Below are positions 1-12,639 of a DNA stretch of 32,953 nt, in pieces. Made by a program: the position numbers and the translations under genes. Position 1 is the stretch's first letter, and each line of letters starts with the position of its first letter. The stretch spans positions 21,434,036 to 21,466,988 of the forward strand of contig JANKJI020000004.1 in assembly GCA_024626585.2 (NCBI GenBank), in the 5' to 3' direction. The stretch comes from Ginkgo biloba. Its lineage: Eukaryota; Plantae; Ginkgophyta. The notes under the pieces are model-generated. The model made no database searches and had not been told where the DNA came from. It saw only the letters and a list, made by a program, of their open reading frames with translations.

Positions 1-348
1 AATATAATTTTAAGTCAAATTCTTTGGGGGATATATTTGACATCAAATTCTTGTGTTTTTTTAATATCCAAGCCTGGCATTATAATGGACAAGAAGAAAA
101 GGGAAACAATATTGGATTTTCTTATATGAATGTCTAGTAAATTTGTGCAACAATTTATTTTCATGTGTTCTTTTATCACAATTTTTTTTTCTTCTACATG
201 CACTTTATGCTTTNNNNNNNNNNNNNNNNNNNNNNNNNTTCTTTTGCGAACACTAGTACCATTCAAAATCTATGTGAAGCCATTTTTCTCTAAATATAAA
301 ATCCTATGACCTTTGCACCAATTTTAGCAAAACCTAGTTTTACATAAT

Positions 349-2028
349 TGTTAAGCATGTTATTGCCTAGCGGGTGTACAATATTAGTTCCTACTATAAC
401 CACAGGTGTAAGTCATTTATATCATAACCATTCACATAGATACTTTACACAAGTTATGTGGAAAAACCTCCAATCCTTATATTATCATAGATATACAACA
501 ACCATTATTTACAAGAGTGTTACAAGACATAGATTACATCATTCTCTTTTTTAGTATTACCAACTACCTCATCCTATTCTACTTCTAGTATTTATACAAG
601 GTAGAAACAATTAAGACAACCGTCGTGGCAGTTACATCCTATAGGCTATGTCGAAGACTTGTGGTGGAACAATTCTTGTTGGTTGATGCCAGACCCCTTC
701 GTCATCATCATGAGGGACCTTGCCTAATGCCGATGTGAACTATTCTGACATTCGTCTGTGGGGTGACTCATATTAAAAGAGCCTCAAGGTATCTCCATTT
801 GTCATCGGTGAGTTGACCTATGTATATGTCGATGTCAGTGAAGGACTTATGTTGATGTCGGACAAGATGACTCTAACATTCGTTGGTTAACCAATGCCTA
901 TCAGTGTCAGTTGGGACAACACTGACATTCATTGGTTTCTTTATCCAACTCTCCCCCATGTCTAAAGCCTTATCTCATCCCAAGACAAAAATCCAAAATT
1001 TCAAAATGAAACATGAATTATTCATGGTGAAGGTTTCTTACTAGCATCGATTAGTGCCAAGGAGAGATCCGTCTATAATTGGGACCACTCTTTAGTAATC
1101 TAAGTTATTGACTAGAGATGAGTCTCCATAATGCTAGCAACAACAGATACATTTGGGTTAGGTTTGGCCACTTATTCCTTAATTTGATGTAAGTTTTCTT
1201 TATATATTTTTACCTGGGTCGCTACTTGTTGCTCAATTGATTCAACCTTTCCCTTATAGTGAGTGAGGATTCCAATGGTCTTATGCTTATCACCATGAGT
1301 CCTAATNNNNNNNNNNNNNNNNNNNNNNNNNNNNNNNNNNNNNNNNNNNNNNNNNNNNNNNNNNNNNNNNNNNNNNNNNNNNNNNNNNNNNNNNNNNNNN
1401 NNNNNNNNNNNATAATGTCCTGTACCAACTGTGGATGCTTGTGGAAATATTATCCAAAAAATATAGCATCCTTGACCATTGCCTCCACCGCCTCATATAT
1501 GAGGAATAGGTCTCCATTAATTATTGTGATTGCTTCTTGGCTTGGGTTGTCTTCTATTGTAACTCTTGAGCCTGTGCCACATGGTCGTGCTTAAAATTTA
1601 AGAGATCTTGCAACTCATTGTCATAATCATGCTTGATCTTNNNNNNNNNNNNNNNNNNNNNNNNNNNNNNNNNNNNNNNNNNNNNNNNNNNNNNNNNNNN
1701 NNNNNNNNNNNNNNNNNNNNNNNNNNNNNNNNNNNNNNNNGTGGAACGATTCCTATTGGTTGATGCCAAACCCCTTCATCGTTGTCGGTGAGGTACCTTG
1801 CTTGATGTTGGTGAGAACTATTCTAACATTCATTAGTGGGGTGACTCATATTGGTATAGCCTCAAGGTATCTCCATCTATCGTCGGTGAATTTAATTATG
1901 TAGATGTCAGTGTTAGTGAAGGACTTATGTCGGTGTTGGCAGGGATGACTCTAACATACATCGGCGAACCAACGCCTATTAATGTCGATTGGGACAACAT
2001 CGACATTCATCGATTTCTTTGTCTAATA
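349..2028 (-). mobile_element. Short or truncated LTR retrotransposon with two LTR copies
   Basis: LTR copy 349-950 begins TG. It is followed by ctccccca, the reverse complement of a polypurine tract. A second copy at 1741-2028 aligns to 664-950, and its start is hidden in an N gap. Flanks ATAAT (344-348) and AAAAT (2029-2033) give a 4/5 target-site duplication. Confidence 0.7.
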
Positions 2029-5023
2029 AAAATCCTTTCTACTTCATACAGATGCCTTGAATATTGTTTATGATGTATCTTCTATTAAAGAATTATTTAT
2101 TCAATTTTGTGTCATGTTGCTTATATTAGTTGCTCCCTTTTTTCCTTGAAGAAAAATTACTCTATGACTAAAAAGGTGTGTGTAGTTCTTATATCAGCAT
2201 TTGATAATTCACATGTGTTTGGATAATATCCATCAATAATTGTTTTTCCCAGACTATGCCATAACCATTGGATTTTTCTTCGTGGGTGTTCATATTGCCA
2301 ATATTTCAAGTCACCAAGAGTTCAAACTAATTAAGAAACTCAAATCGATTTCTTTTTCTTTATATTTACAACTAATTGCATAAAATATTATTAAATCCTT
2401 TCTCTCCACCTTTAGATATCATAAATCATTCTCCTTTTTGAATACCTGATTCGATGGGATGAAGTCAAAACCATTTCTTCCTTCATTTGCATTGAAGGAA
2501 TGAAATTCTCACATGTTGTTTGTCACCACACATGTGCCTCTAGTAGACTACCTGATCAGGTACAAAAGTGGTTGTTTCATATTTAGGAATTCACCAATAT
2601 TTTACTAGTTTGATTCACCAATTATAAATAATCTCACACAATGGCTAAGTCAAATAAATGCTAGCAATGTACATAAGTCCCCAACATTTTGATTGGGATC
2701 AATTCCTTCCATGTGCTTGGAGCATATAACACTTATGTCTAGGCTTCTAGTTAGTTTTCTTCCTTTTGTGTTCTTGAAGTTCAAGGTCTAGCGTACCCCG
2801 CTATTATTGGCCTTCCAACTCATGCTCCATTGCAATCCTCTACTTAGTGTGACCATCTTACTACTAGTTTAGCATGTTGCATTTAATTTTGCTTCACATC
2901 TCTTTCTTTGCACAAAAATAAGAAAAGTGGTTTTATGATGCTTATGGATGTTTTCCACAATTTCACCTAAGTGATGTGTAGGTATATTATCCATTCACAA
3001 TGGTAGGGGGGGGAAGAAAATTCACTTCATTATTTTTTGGGACCTTAAGACTTTACAAGGTGCTTTAATAGATCACATCTTTGGCACGCCAACTTCAATA
3101 CTTGGCCAATAGTGGAATTCACTCTACTCATCCATAAAGAATAAAATGTTTATGACAAACCATATTCAATCCCATCTTTAGAAGAGTACAATATGTGACA
3201 AGAATAACAATCGCATGAAAGCATAGTAGTAGATATTGGAAAATTAAAACAAACAATGGATATGTGGAGAAGATTTAACTACCTACAACCTCTAAATTGG
3301 TTGGTCTCAATAATAGTTATCTCTTTGGACTCATGTATTTAAAGGAGAACAATTATACATTCTAAACAAGGCCAATGTGAAGGAAACATTCCATTTTTAC
3401 AACTTATCCCACTTCCTTACTTCTCTCTTCATTTCCTAGTGTAGTTGGATGTGACATCATCAACATTTTAAATATTAAAAATCACTTCAAAATTGACTTA
3501 CAAAATTATTATTCTTATGGGATTAAGCTAATTTTATCTCATTTTTTGAAATGAAAAAGGGAATAATTATTAATGGGGCTTATCTTCTTTTAGAACATCG
3601 TATAATGTACTTAAAAAAGTATGCATGAGATTTATAGTTTCCTTACAATTTCACTAATAAAGATCAACATTCTTTTTTTATAGAATTATGCTTATTAATT
3701 CAATTTTAATTAAAAACCACCACATTGTGGTGAGTACCTGCCTTATAGATTTTTTTTTTAATAATTTACATAGACTCTAACTTACATGCATTAAGAATAT
3801 AAAAATTACAATGAATAAGCATAACTACACATATGAATTATTGATAGATAAAAATTATTTTTAAATACCATATAAATGAATAGTATTTAAAATATGTTCA
3901 ATATACAAAGAATGTCTTTATGTACATGTACANNNNNNNNNNNNNNNNNNNNNNNNNNNNNNNNNNNNNNNNNNNNNNNNNNNNNNNNNNNNNNNNNNNN
4001 NNNNNNNNNNNNNNNNNNNNNNNNNNNNNNNNCATAACTTAATGTGACCCTAATAACATTAATTTTCAACAATGTCTTCATGTGCATGTATACAAAAAGT
4101 ATTTAAAATATAATCGATATATTAAAAATATTTATATATGTGTGTATAAATATTATTTATGATGTAACTAGTGCATGATAACAAAAAAATTTAGTTTTAT
4201 CATATATGATTAGAAGATAGTTACAAAATATTTATATCATATAAAAATAATTGACACATAAAATGTCTCTATTCATAACTATAGTTTTTGTTTACAATAT
4301 GCCTCATATACACTAGTAGATGTCATCCTGATCTTTTCCACTATATCTTATGATAATAGAGAAATTAAGTGTGAGAGTATTATTTCAAAAAATCATATTG
4401 ACTAAAATTCATATTCATAATTGTCAACATCATTTACTTGGAAAAACAAAAGAAGAATGTTGAAATATGTATCTCCATTATACTCTTTCTTTGTATTTAG
4501 TCACATTATTATTTCTATCAAATCAAAATTCATCATAAATCATAAAAATTACAATAGAATTATTGTGTGATTTGACTTGTAAATACTCATGATACAAAAT
4601 TTCAGTAAAAATAGAAAACATCATTTTTAGTGGCTCTTCTTACAACATGCAATCTATTGCATTCCGTTTATGTATTTGTTTTGATTATGCATTTTAGTTA
4701 GTGTTCATAAACGTAAAAGAATTTCTTTGTAAAGAATTAATTTTGTTTTATTGATAATAAACAAAGTAATATAAAATAGAGTAATTTCTCCCCTCTTTCA
4801 TGATCNNNNNNNNNNNNNNNNNNNNNNNNNNNNNNNNNNNNNNNNNNNNATTGTTTGAAATTTTTTGTAGGTCTCACCAAAATTCTTCAAATTAACATCA
4901 TTCGAGTCAAATTGTCAAACACCAATAAATAGTTTAAAGAAAACATTCAAAATATGTTTTGTTGTATTAAATACACTTTGGAATGTGGCAAATTGTGTTT
5001 CATACTTGATAATTTATTTTTAA

Positions 5024-5388
5024 CTAGAGTGGGCCCGTGGCAAGTAATTGCCATGGGCCGTCTTCCCGTGCCTTCCCGTCTGACCACCCCCTCGCTGTCC
5101 TCCCCCGACAATTTGCAGCAGGAGCATCACGTGAACGTTGGACTTCGAATTTAATTCGCAGTAGAAGCATTGTGCGTGACCCATCAAACGGAACCGGAAA
5201 AAATATTAAATGTAGAACCGAAAGAATATTTTATTAATATATTTGGTCAGTGCAGCCTGAAAATTTAATTTGCAGAAGCATCATACGTGACCCATCAAAC
5301 GAAACCAAAAAAAATATTAAACGTAAAACCGAAAGAATAATTTATTAATATTTTAGGTCGGTGCAGCATAAAAATTTAGTAGTATAGA
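5024..5388 (-). mobile_element. Non-autonomous Helitron (365 bp)
   Basis: On the minus strand: 5' A|TCTATACTACTAAA, 3' CTAG|T (inserted in an AT dinucleotide), and a GC-rich subterminal hairpin at 5032-5059 (ggcccgtggcaa-gtaa-ttgccatgggcc). Confidence 0.85.
5149..5378. repeat. Tandem duplication, ~112 bp unit x2, inside the Helitron
   Basis: aatttaatt.gcag..agcat...cgtgacccatcaaacg.aacc...aatattaaa.gta.aaccgaaagaata.tttattaatat.tt.ggtc.gtgcagc occurs at ~5149 and ~5261. Confidence 0.85.
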
Positions 5389-5426
5389 TTATTGGGCAGA
5401 TACAAACATACAAATATAGATCATGA

Positions 5427-5970
5427 CTAGTCCTTCCCGTGGAAAATAATTGCCATATATTAGTCCTTTATTCATGTTTTGTATTTTTATTTTTTATTTC
5501 AATTTTATTTTTATCTTTTATTGCATTTTATTTTCATCTTTTGTTTTTATCTTTTATGTCATTTAATCAATCGTTTTAGTTTTGTATTTTATTTTCGTCT
5601 TTTATTCTCTTTTATTTTATTCACTCAGTTATTTTATTTTTATCATCCATTTTATTGTTTTGTATTTATTTTGTTTCTCTATTTTATTTTAATTTTCCAT
5701 TGTCATTTTATTTGTGCTTTATTCTTTTGTTATTGTTTTGTTTTCACATTATTCTTCTCTTCTATTATGTTTTGTACTTGCTTTCTTATTTTTGTTCCAT
5801 TTCATTCTTCTGTTTTGTTCGATCACATACATAATATTTTTAATTCTTTCATTCCCATTTCTATTCTATTTTTTCATTTCGTAGTATGCATTATTTTATA
5901 TGTATATTTTTTTGGTGGGAGGGGTGGATATGAACATGGATTTTTTTTTTCAGTATATAAGTATATATGT
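5427..5970 (-). mobile_element. Probable second, degenerate Helitron of the same family, with a T-rich body
   Basis: actag-tccttcccgtggaaaataattgccat at 5426-5456 resembles the 3' terminus and hairpin of the 5024 element. It is followed by low-complexity T-rich sequence. The 5' end is uncertain (candidate gtatataagtatatat ~5953-5968). Confidence 0.4.
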
Positions 5971-6971
5971 GTTCACGAATTTATCTTATGGTAGTATTTC
6001 AAGGCATCAACAAAGCACTAGCTTTCTAGTTTAGATCTTCCTTGAGAAAATCACAAATGTGAATATGTGGTAAACATTTTCTATAATCACAATGTATCTA
6101 CTCGACGATGAGTAGTTTTTTGACAAATTACTTTAATTTATTAATTAGTCATTTTCACCTTTAGCAAATAATTACCACCTATTAAATCTTAAATGCATTT
6201 ATATATTGTGTCACCATTAATGAGGGGATGGTGGGATGGACATTATGTTTTGAAATTAATACGATTATACGACACATCACTTCTTAATTAAATTTTTCAC
6301 ATTTTGGACAAAATAATGAGGTTTCATCAATTTTTAGATGTCAAAATTAAAATATTTAATTTTTAAATAAATAGAGATTATCTATAGTAAATAATTACTA
6401 CTTGTTAAATTTAAAATGTGCTTGATAAATTTAACGTTAATATCTTAAGATAATTTAATTATAATTCTATTGATGGATTATGTTATGAACCTTGATCAAT
6501 GAACAAAATCCCACATAATGTATCTCAAGAACTCAATGGAAAATAAGAACTCACAATATAGATATACTCACTTCAAGGGTGAAACCTCCAATACAATCCA
6601 CTTCTTGGGCAGACACCTNNNNNNNNNNNNNNNNNNNNNNNNNNNNNNNNNNNNNNNNNNNNNNNNNNNNNNNNNNNNNNNNNNNNNNNNNNNNNNNNNN
6701 NNNNNNNNNNNNNNNNNNGCCACCATAGTTGAAATAGTTGTCCCCCATGTAACGACGCCACACGATTCATTGATACCTGCAGCTGCCACCAACCGATAAA
6801 AGGTAGCAGACTGTCTAGCCTCTTTGTCTCACTACTACCCATACTAACCAAGCAAAAACAAATTTCCCTGACACTTAACACTCTCCGAAGGATTTGCAAT
6901 GATTTCAATAACCATCTCCCATGCAATGAAAGAAATTCGGCCAACAATTGGGCATGAACCAATATGTACTC

Positions 6972-7121
6972 CTAGCACATGATCTCAAGCGCATCCCTAG
7001 TGCGACCAAGGAGATTCAACGCTGTTGCTGCAATGTGAGTCTCGGTCAGACCAGCATATGAGAACTGATCCCTTGGGGCTCCATGCTCAATATAACGATC
7101 TGGTAAAACTATTGGTCTCCA
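6972..7121 (-). CDS. DXS: DXS-family terminal coding exon with stop codon
   Basis: Acceptor ccag|TGG. Translates [52 protein letters not shown] at 6974-6972. Not in the ORF track, translated by hand. Confidence 0.96.
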   Translation of the reverse strand, partial: WRPIVLPDRYIEHGAPRDQFSYAGLTETHIAATALNLLGRTRDALEIMC

Positions 7122-7207
7122 CTGGAAGTTGCAAATAGATTAGAAATGAAATTATGATACAAATTAAGTCTATAATATGATTATGAAACAAATGCAATAT
7201 AATCTAC

Positions 7208-7505
7208 CTTTAGTCTCCCATCAAGGAGGCCATCAAGCGCCATAAACTGGGCAACATGGGATCCGAAGCCTCCTACAGATCCTTCCTCCACTGTAATCAA
7301 AACGTGGTGTTCTCTTGCTAGCCGCCTAATCANNNNNNNNNNNNNNNNNNNNNNNNNNNGGTTTACAAAATCTTGCATCTGCAACTGTGGTATATATTCC
7401 AAGATCAGCTAATAAAGTCCCAGCCCTAAGACAATTTTGCACCATTGCTCCATATCCAAGAAGAGCCACATGAGCTCCCTCAGCCAGAATTTTTCCCTTT
7501 CCGAT
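7208..7505 (-). CDS. DXS: DXS-family exon (transketolase C-terminal domain), interrupted by a 27-N gap
   Basis: Acceptor tacag|ATC. Translates [49 protein letters not shown]-[gap][42 protein letters not shown]. Donor AAG|gtagat. Confidence 0.95.
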
Positions 7506-7606
7506 CTGTAAAATTGGGTATTTGTTTAGCGACAGATGTTAGAACCATTTACACATGAAAGATAAAGAACTAGTAATGTACAAGGGGAAAGAATGTCAGA
7601 AGCTAC

Positions 7607-7888
7607 CTCCAAAGGTTGCCCCTTATTTCCAGGAGGAAGTGGCACCCCAACACCATAGCCTCTGGGATACCGAAAGCAGATAGGCCTGTCATTGATAGCT
7701 GCAGCAGTAGCGACCATGTGAAAGAGCTCTGTTTCATTTGAAGGCGCCATAACAACCATGTTGGGCAGGCATGCCATATATGTCACATCAAATGCTCCAC
7801 AGTGTGAAGGTCCATCTGCTCCAGCAAGTCCTGCTCTATCTATTGCAAACCTGACAGGTAACTTTTGAAGGTCTACATCATGGACCAC
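7607..7888 (-). CDS. DXS: DXS-family exon
   Basis: Acceptor cag|GTG. Translates [94 protein letters not shown]. Donor GAG|gtagct. 282 nt, phase 0/0, directly continues QRAYDQ of the 24120 exon. Confidence 0.97.
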
Positions 7889-8656
7889 CTGCTACCAAAG
7901 AGATAAAGTAATGTTTAAAATCTTTAACAATATGAGTACTGAAAGTGGAAAACAATGCTGCCACCAAAACCACAGATTAAGGCCTAACTATCAAAAACTT
8001 CTTATTAGCTCAGTGATACAGTATTGATCTTAATATGCCACCTATATGCAAGATGCAATCTGCATAAGTGCAAACACACAAAGTGCAACATTATTAGGCA
8101 GGCAAGGGGAGAGGTTTAGAAAGAGTTCGTTTAGAGATGGATGGATCCTTGCTTATAGACCATATAATGTTTTCAACCAGAATTTCCATCTGAGAACCTA
8201 TATACAGCACTAATAACTGCGAAAGGGAAGGAAACTTGTTAAGTAGCTGTCCCACAAGAATTAACTGAACCTGAAGCATATTAAATAGGGAAATCCAAGT
8301 TTGATTGTTCCAAATAGGTGAAAATCATCTACCTACTCATTTTTCAGGTACAACACCAATTTTAATATGTTAAAACCATATGGAAAAGAAAAAAAACAGG
8401 CAGTGAGACAGGGAGAATAACTGTTTAACATTGGCCAGAAAAAGCAACCAGAGTATGAATAGATGTCAACTGAACTCCCAAACTGAGAGGACATACAAAG
8501 AGACTGTCCATGCTTAAGTTCCATGTACAAGGAATTTATTGGCAACAGATAAAACCCCCTCCTTTGGAAATAGTTGAAATTTGAAACCACAATAGAAAAG
8601 CAGGATAAAATCTTCTTGTAGCCATCAGAATATTCTGAACAAGGAACCACAATGAC

Positions 8657-8831
8657 AAGAGGGCCAAGACAGCTTCCTTGATATGATAACTGGGAGGGAT
8701 AAAACAGTAATTTAAGGCAAGATTGTACATAAAAGAGGCTTGATATCATCCAATAAAAAGGGTCAAGACTGCTTTCTTGATGGGATATCTGGGAGGGACA
8801 CAACAGTAATTTAGGCAAGAGTTTACGTATA
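8657..8831. repeat. Imperfect direct duplication (~75 bp core, ~100 bp spacing)
   Basis: aggg.caagac.gctt.cttgat..gata.ctgggaggga.a.aacagtaattta(a)ggcaaga occurs at ~8660 and ~8760. Confidence 0.8.
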
Positions 8832-8952
8832 TCCAAAAATTCACCAGTAGGCTGAAGTGAAGAAAATAGAGGAAAGACCTGCAATTGTAGCAAACATTTC
8901 AAGTCTTGAAAACCTATGTTTTGAGGTTGAAACAATTTAAGAGTGGATGGTA

Positions 8953-11184
8953 TGTTATGTTCCTAAACATAAATTAAGGCTAAATATTAATTTAGAAGGC
9001 TTAAATATGAGTTTAGAGAGACTAAATATGAGTTTAGAAGGTGAAATATGAATTTAGAAGGCCTAAAATAAGTTAAAGGATGAAATTCCTAAATGAGGCT
9101 AAATAAGATTATAATTACCTTAATTAAGCCTTAACTAGACCTTAACTAAAAGGCACCTAGGTTTAAAATCTTAATATAAGTTACTTAAAGCTAAAATTCA
9201 CCTCCCTTTTAGGAATTATGAATCTTAAGCTAAGGCGTCTCATTTTAAAGTATAGNNNNNNNNNNNNNNNNNNNNNNNNNNNNNNNNNNNNNNNNNNNNN
9301 NNNNNNNNNNNNNNNNNNNNNNNNNNNNNNNNNNNNNNNNNNNNNNNNNNNNNNNNNNNNNNNNNNNNNNNNNNNNNNNNNNNNNNNNNNNNNNNNNNNN
9401 NNNNNNNNNNNNNNNNNNNNNNNNNNNNNNNNNNNNNNNNNNNNNNNNNNNNNNNNNNNNNNNNNNNNNNNNNNNNNNNNNNNNNNNNNNNNNNNNNNNN
9501 NNNNNNNNNNNNNNNNNNNNNNNNNNNNNNNNNNNNNNNNNNNNNNNNNNNNNNNNNNNNNNNNNNNNNNNNNNNNNNNNNNNNNNNNNNNNNNNNNNNN
9601 NNNNNNNNNNNNNNNNNNNNNNNNNNNNNNNNNNNNNNNNNNNNNNNNNNNNNNNNNNNNNNNNNNNNNNNNNNNNNNNNNNNNNNNNNNNNNNNNNNNN
9701 NNNNNNNNNNNNNNNNNNNNNNNNNNNNNNNNNNNNNNNNNNNNNNNNNNNNNNNNNNNNNNNNNNNNNNNNNNNNNNNNNNNNNNNNNNNNNNNNNNNN
9801 NNNNNNNNNNNNNNNNNNNNNNNNNNNNNNNNNNNNNNNNNNNNNNNNNNNNNNNNNNNNNNNNNNNNNNNNNNNNNNNNNNNNNNNNNNNNNNNNNNNN
9901 NNNNNNNNNNNNNNNNNNNNNNNNNNNNNNNNNNNNNNNNNNNNNNNNNNNNNNNNNNNNNNNNNNNNNNNNNNNNNNNNNNNNNNNNNNNNNNNNNNNN
10001 NNNNNNNNNNNNNNNNNNNNNNNNNNNNNNNNNNNNNNNNNNNNNNNNNNNNNNNNNNNNNNNNNNNNNNNNNNNNNNNNNNNNNNNNNNNNNNNNNNNN
10101 NNNTTTCACGTGACTACCAACAATTGCTAACTATTCTTAACTATTCCTGCGATTGATTATGCTAATTAATGATTTTGTAATGGGGTCATAATTATCTTTG
10201 ATAATTACATCAGATTTGCTTGCGATTGGCTCAAGTCTTCTTGTTGCAACAGAAGTCTGCTACGTTTGACTAAAACAACCAGCTATATGGCTGAAACGAT
10301 CAATAACTGATACTGGCTGTGACCGATAATTGATTTTTGTTGCGAACAGTGACTGTCTTTGAGACTGACTGTCTCTTACAACCAGACACTGCTCATCTCA
10401 TGCGAATGGCTTCTGAACTATCTGTGATCAAAATTCTGCAAACATCTCGTCGGACGCGACATTTGAATGTCCTCATTCAATCAAAATTTTCAAAATTTCT
10501 CTCTATTGCCCCCTTTGAAAACTTTTACTTTTTCTTCCTTCACTTGGAGGGTTGTTCGAGTGTTTTTTTGTTGCGATCAGTGACCGTCTTTGAGACTGAC
10601 NNNNNNNNNNNNNNNNNNNNNNNNNNNNNNNNNNNNNNNNNNNNNNNNNNNNNNNNNNNNNNNNNNNNNNNNNNNNNNNNNNNNNNNNNCCTCGTTCAAT
10701 CAAACTCTCTCTATTGCCCTCTTTGAAAACTTTTACTTTTTCTTCCTTCACTTCAAGGGTTGTTCGAGTGTGCGTATCGGAATGTTGTTTTCTTTTAGTA
10801 CGATGATTAAACATAGAGAAACTCGCTGAACGAAGGGCAACTTATCGTCGGCAATTTGTAATTTTTCTATTATGTCTTGTAGCTTTGCTCGATTGACTTT
10901 AAGATTTTCTTGGAGATCCAATGCTGTATTTATTGTCTCCGTTGCCTGCCATGTGGTATCGAAAAGTTCATTTCATGCCTTGTCATATTTGAGGATCCAA
11001 GCTTCTAATTTTGGGAATTATCCCTTCTTATCATGGAGAAATTTCCTTTTCAAAACTGGCCATGAACTGCTTGTACATGTCTTCCTCTAGTGTCACATTT
11101 GCTAACCATACATTTGTGGAAATCTTCAATAAATTTAATTTTCTGTTCGGCCATATAGGCCTTCTCTTGAGCTTCCTTGGTTTC
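8953..11184. mobile_element. Possible retroelement fragment (LTR-like AT-rich subrepeats plus internal tandem repeat)
   Basis: Begins tgttatg. Short subrepeats aaatatga.tttagaagg at 8980-9065, a large gap, then a compositionally distinct CpG-containing segment with a ~230 bp tandem repeat. No protein domain recognised. Confidence 0.35.
10334..10772. repeat. Tandem repeat, ~230 bp unit (at least 2 copies, gap inside)
   Basis: tttttgttgcga.cagtgac.gtctttgagactgac at ~10334 and ~10565. ctctattgccc.ctttgaaaacttttactttttcttccttcactt...gggttgttcgagtg at ~10501 and ~10709. Confidence 0.85.
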
Positions 11185-12639
11185 NNNNNNNNNNNNNNNN
11201 NNNNNNNNNNNNNNNNNNNNNNNNNNNNNNNNNNNNNNNNNNNNNNNNNNNNNNNNNNNNNNNNNNNNNNNNNNNNNNNNNNNNATAGGATCTTGAATGT
11301 AAATGAGAAACTAAAATTTAGGAGAAAAATAAAAAGTCAAAAAAATACTTGGAATGCTGAAGTAATTCCAAGTAAGAAATCAGTCATCAAGAATAAGCTA
11401 AAATATGAAAACTTCACATTCATTTTTAGTGATAAGGCAATGCTATGCTATCTAATGAGCATTATAATCCATTTCAGTCCTAATTTGAAAAGATTTGAAC
11501 AGCAAAAGACTTCATTTGTATTTCAGGAATTTCAAAATTGAAAAAACAGAGGAACATATACATTCAACAAAATTCAGAATTATNNNNNNNNNNNNNNNNN
11601 NNNNNNNNNNNNNNNNNNNNAATCACTTAATTCAAACAATGCTCAATGAGACTGTTTAATTCAATAACATACATCAAAAGCAATTGCAAATTCATTCGAT
11701 AATATTTCCAGTAGTTTCTGAATTTATCTAGGGCAGAGAAATATTTTACCAATTGAAAGTACAATGCAAAAACCAGACAAAGATTTTACCAAAATGCTGA
11801 ATCCTGGTGCTATTATAGAAACCCCATGAACAGCTTACCACTGATAACCCTTTTCCTGATCTTCCAATCTGCTGAATCTGTCAAAACGATGTCTCCAAAC
11901 AGCTCTAAAAAAAGTGTCAATCATGATACCACTGCTCCTATATCTCCATGGTCCCCTCATCTGGATCTCTCATGAATTTTATAGCTCTGAGTAGCTACAA
12001 GGTGCCAAAATCTGTGGAATTAGACAATGCTCAAAGGGATTCTATAGATTGCAGGGTNNNNNNNNNNNNNNNNNNNNNNNNNNNNNNNNNNNNNNNNNNN
12101 NNNNNNNNNNNNNNNNNNNNNNNNNNNNNNNNNNNTAAGAGCAAGTAATCCTGACTTCTTCTTTTTTAACTCAGAATTCTTTTTTAGTTCAGAATAAATC
12201 ATATTTTATCCTCATTTTTTATGCTTTTGACCCTTTTTCAGAGGGAAAAAAAGCATAATAGTCATCCTGAATGATCAGGATAAGGTTTATTGATTGTGTA
12301 AGTCTGTTCCTGTGGTTTTTCCAACACAGAAATGATATTAATTGATCAAAACAGCAATACAATAATGACCCCAGTTAATTAGGCTCATTTGGTGCTCCTA
12401 ATCAAGGGATCTATTTGGAGTTGCCCCCAGCCTGACACTCTAGCTAGCTCACATGCAGTTCAAAAACAAATTGTACAATTCTCAGTAGATTTTTTCTGTT
12501 GTTTTGAACAATCCTATTATATTATAGAAAATCAAAAGAAGATACAATCTTTGAGGGGAGACTATCCAGCTCATACAGATGCTATTTACAGCTTGATTAC
12601 ACATGGAATACAACTGTTAATCCCAAATTGAAGATAAAT

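Noticed and set aside
2040-3350. Possible decayed Mutator/FAR1-like transposase on the minus strand
   Set aside because: Only faint fragments (for example RCEAKL, ELHT) are visible. It needs a TBLASTX/HMM search and cannot be supported by eye.
5479-5994. 171-aa Phe-rich ORF resembling a membrane protein
   Set aside because: It is a translation of low-complexity T-rich DNA with a non-ATG start and no domain.
7333-7359. Apparent frameshift in a DXS exon, suggesting a pseudogene
   Set aside because: The shift falls within a 27-N gap. Homology (KP-LDxx-LIR) predicts about 14 nt, so it is most likely a gap-size artefact.
8333-8935. 200-aa ORF within the DXS intron
   Set aside because: No recognisable homology, non-ATG start, and partly built from a local duplication.
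8980-9065. Short periodic repeats resembling a CRISPR-like array
   Set aside because: Degenerate ~20 bp tandem units without unique spacers, in eukaryotic DNA, with no cas genes.
9218-10156. Long ORFs spanning N runs (also 30956-31702)
   Set aside because: They are open only because Ns contain no stop codons.
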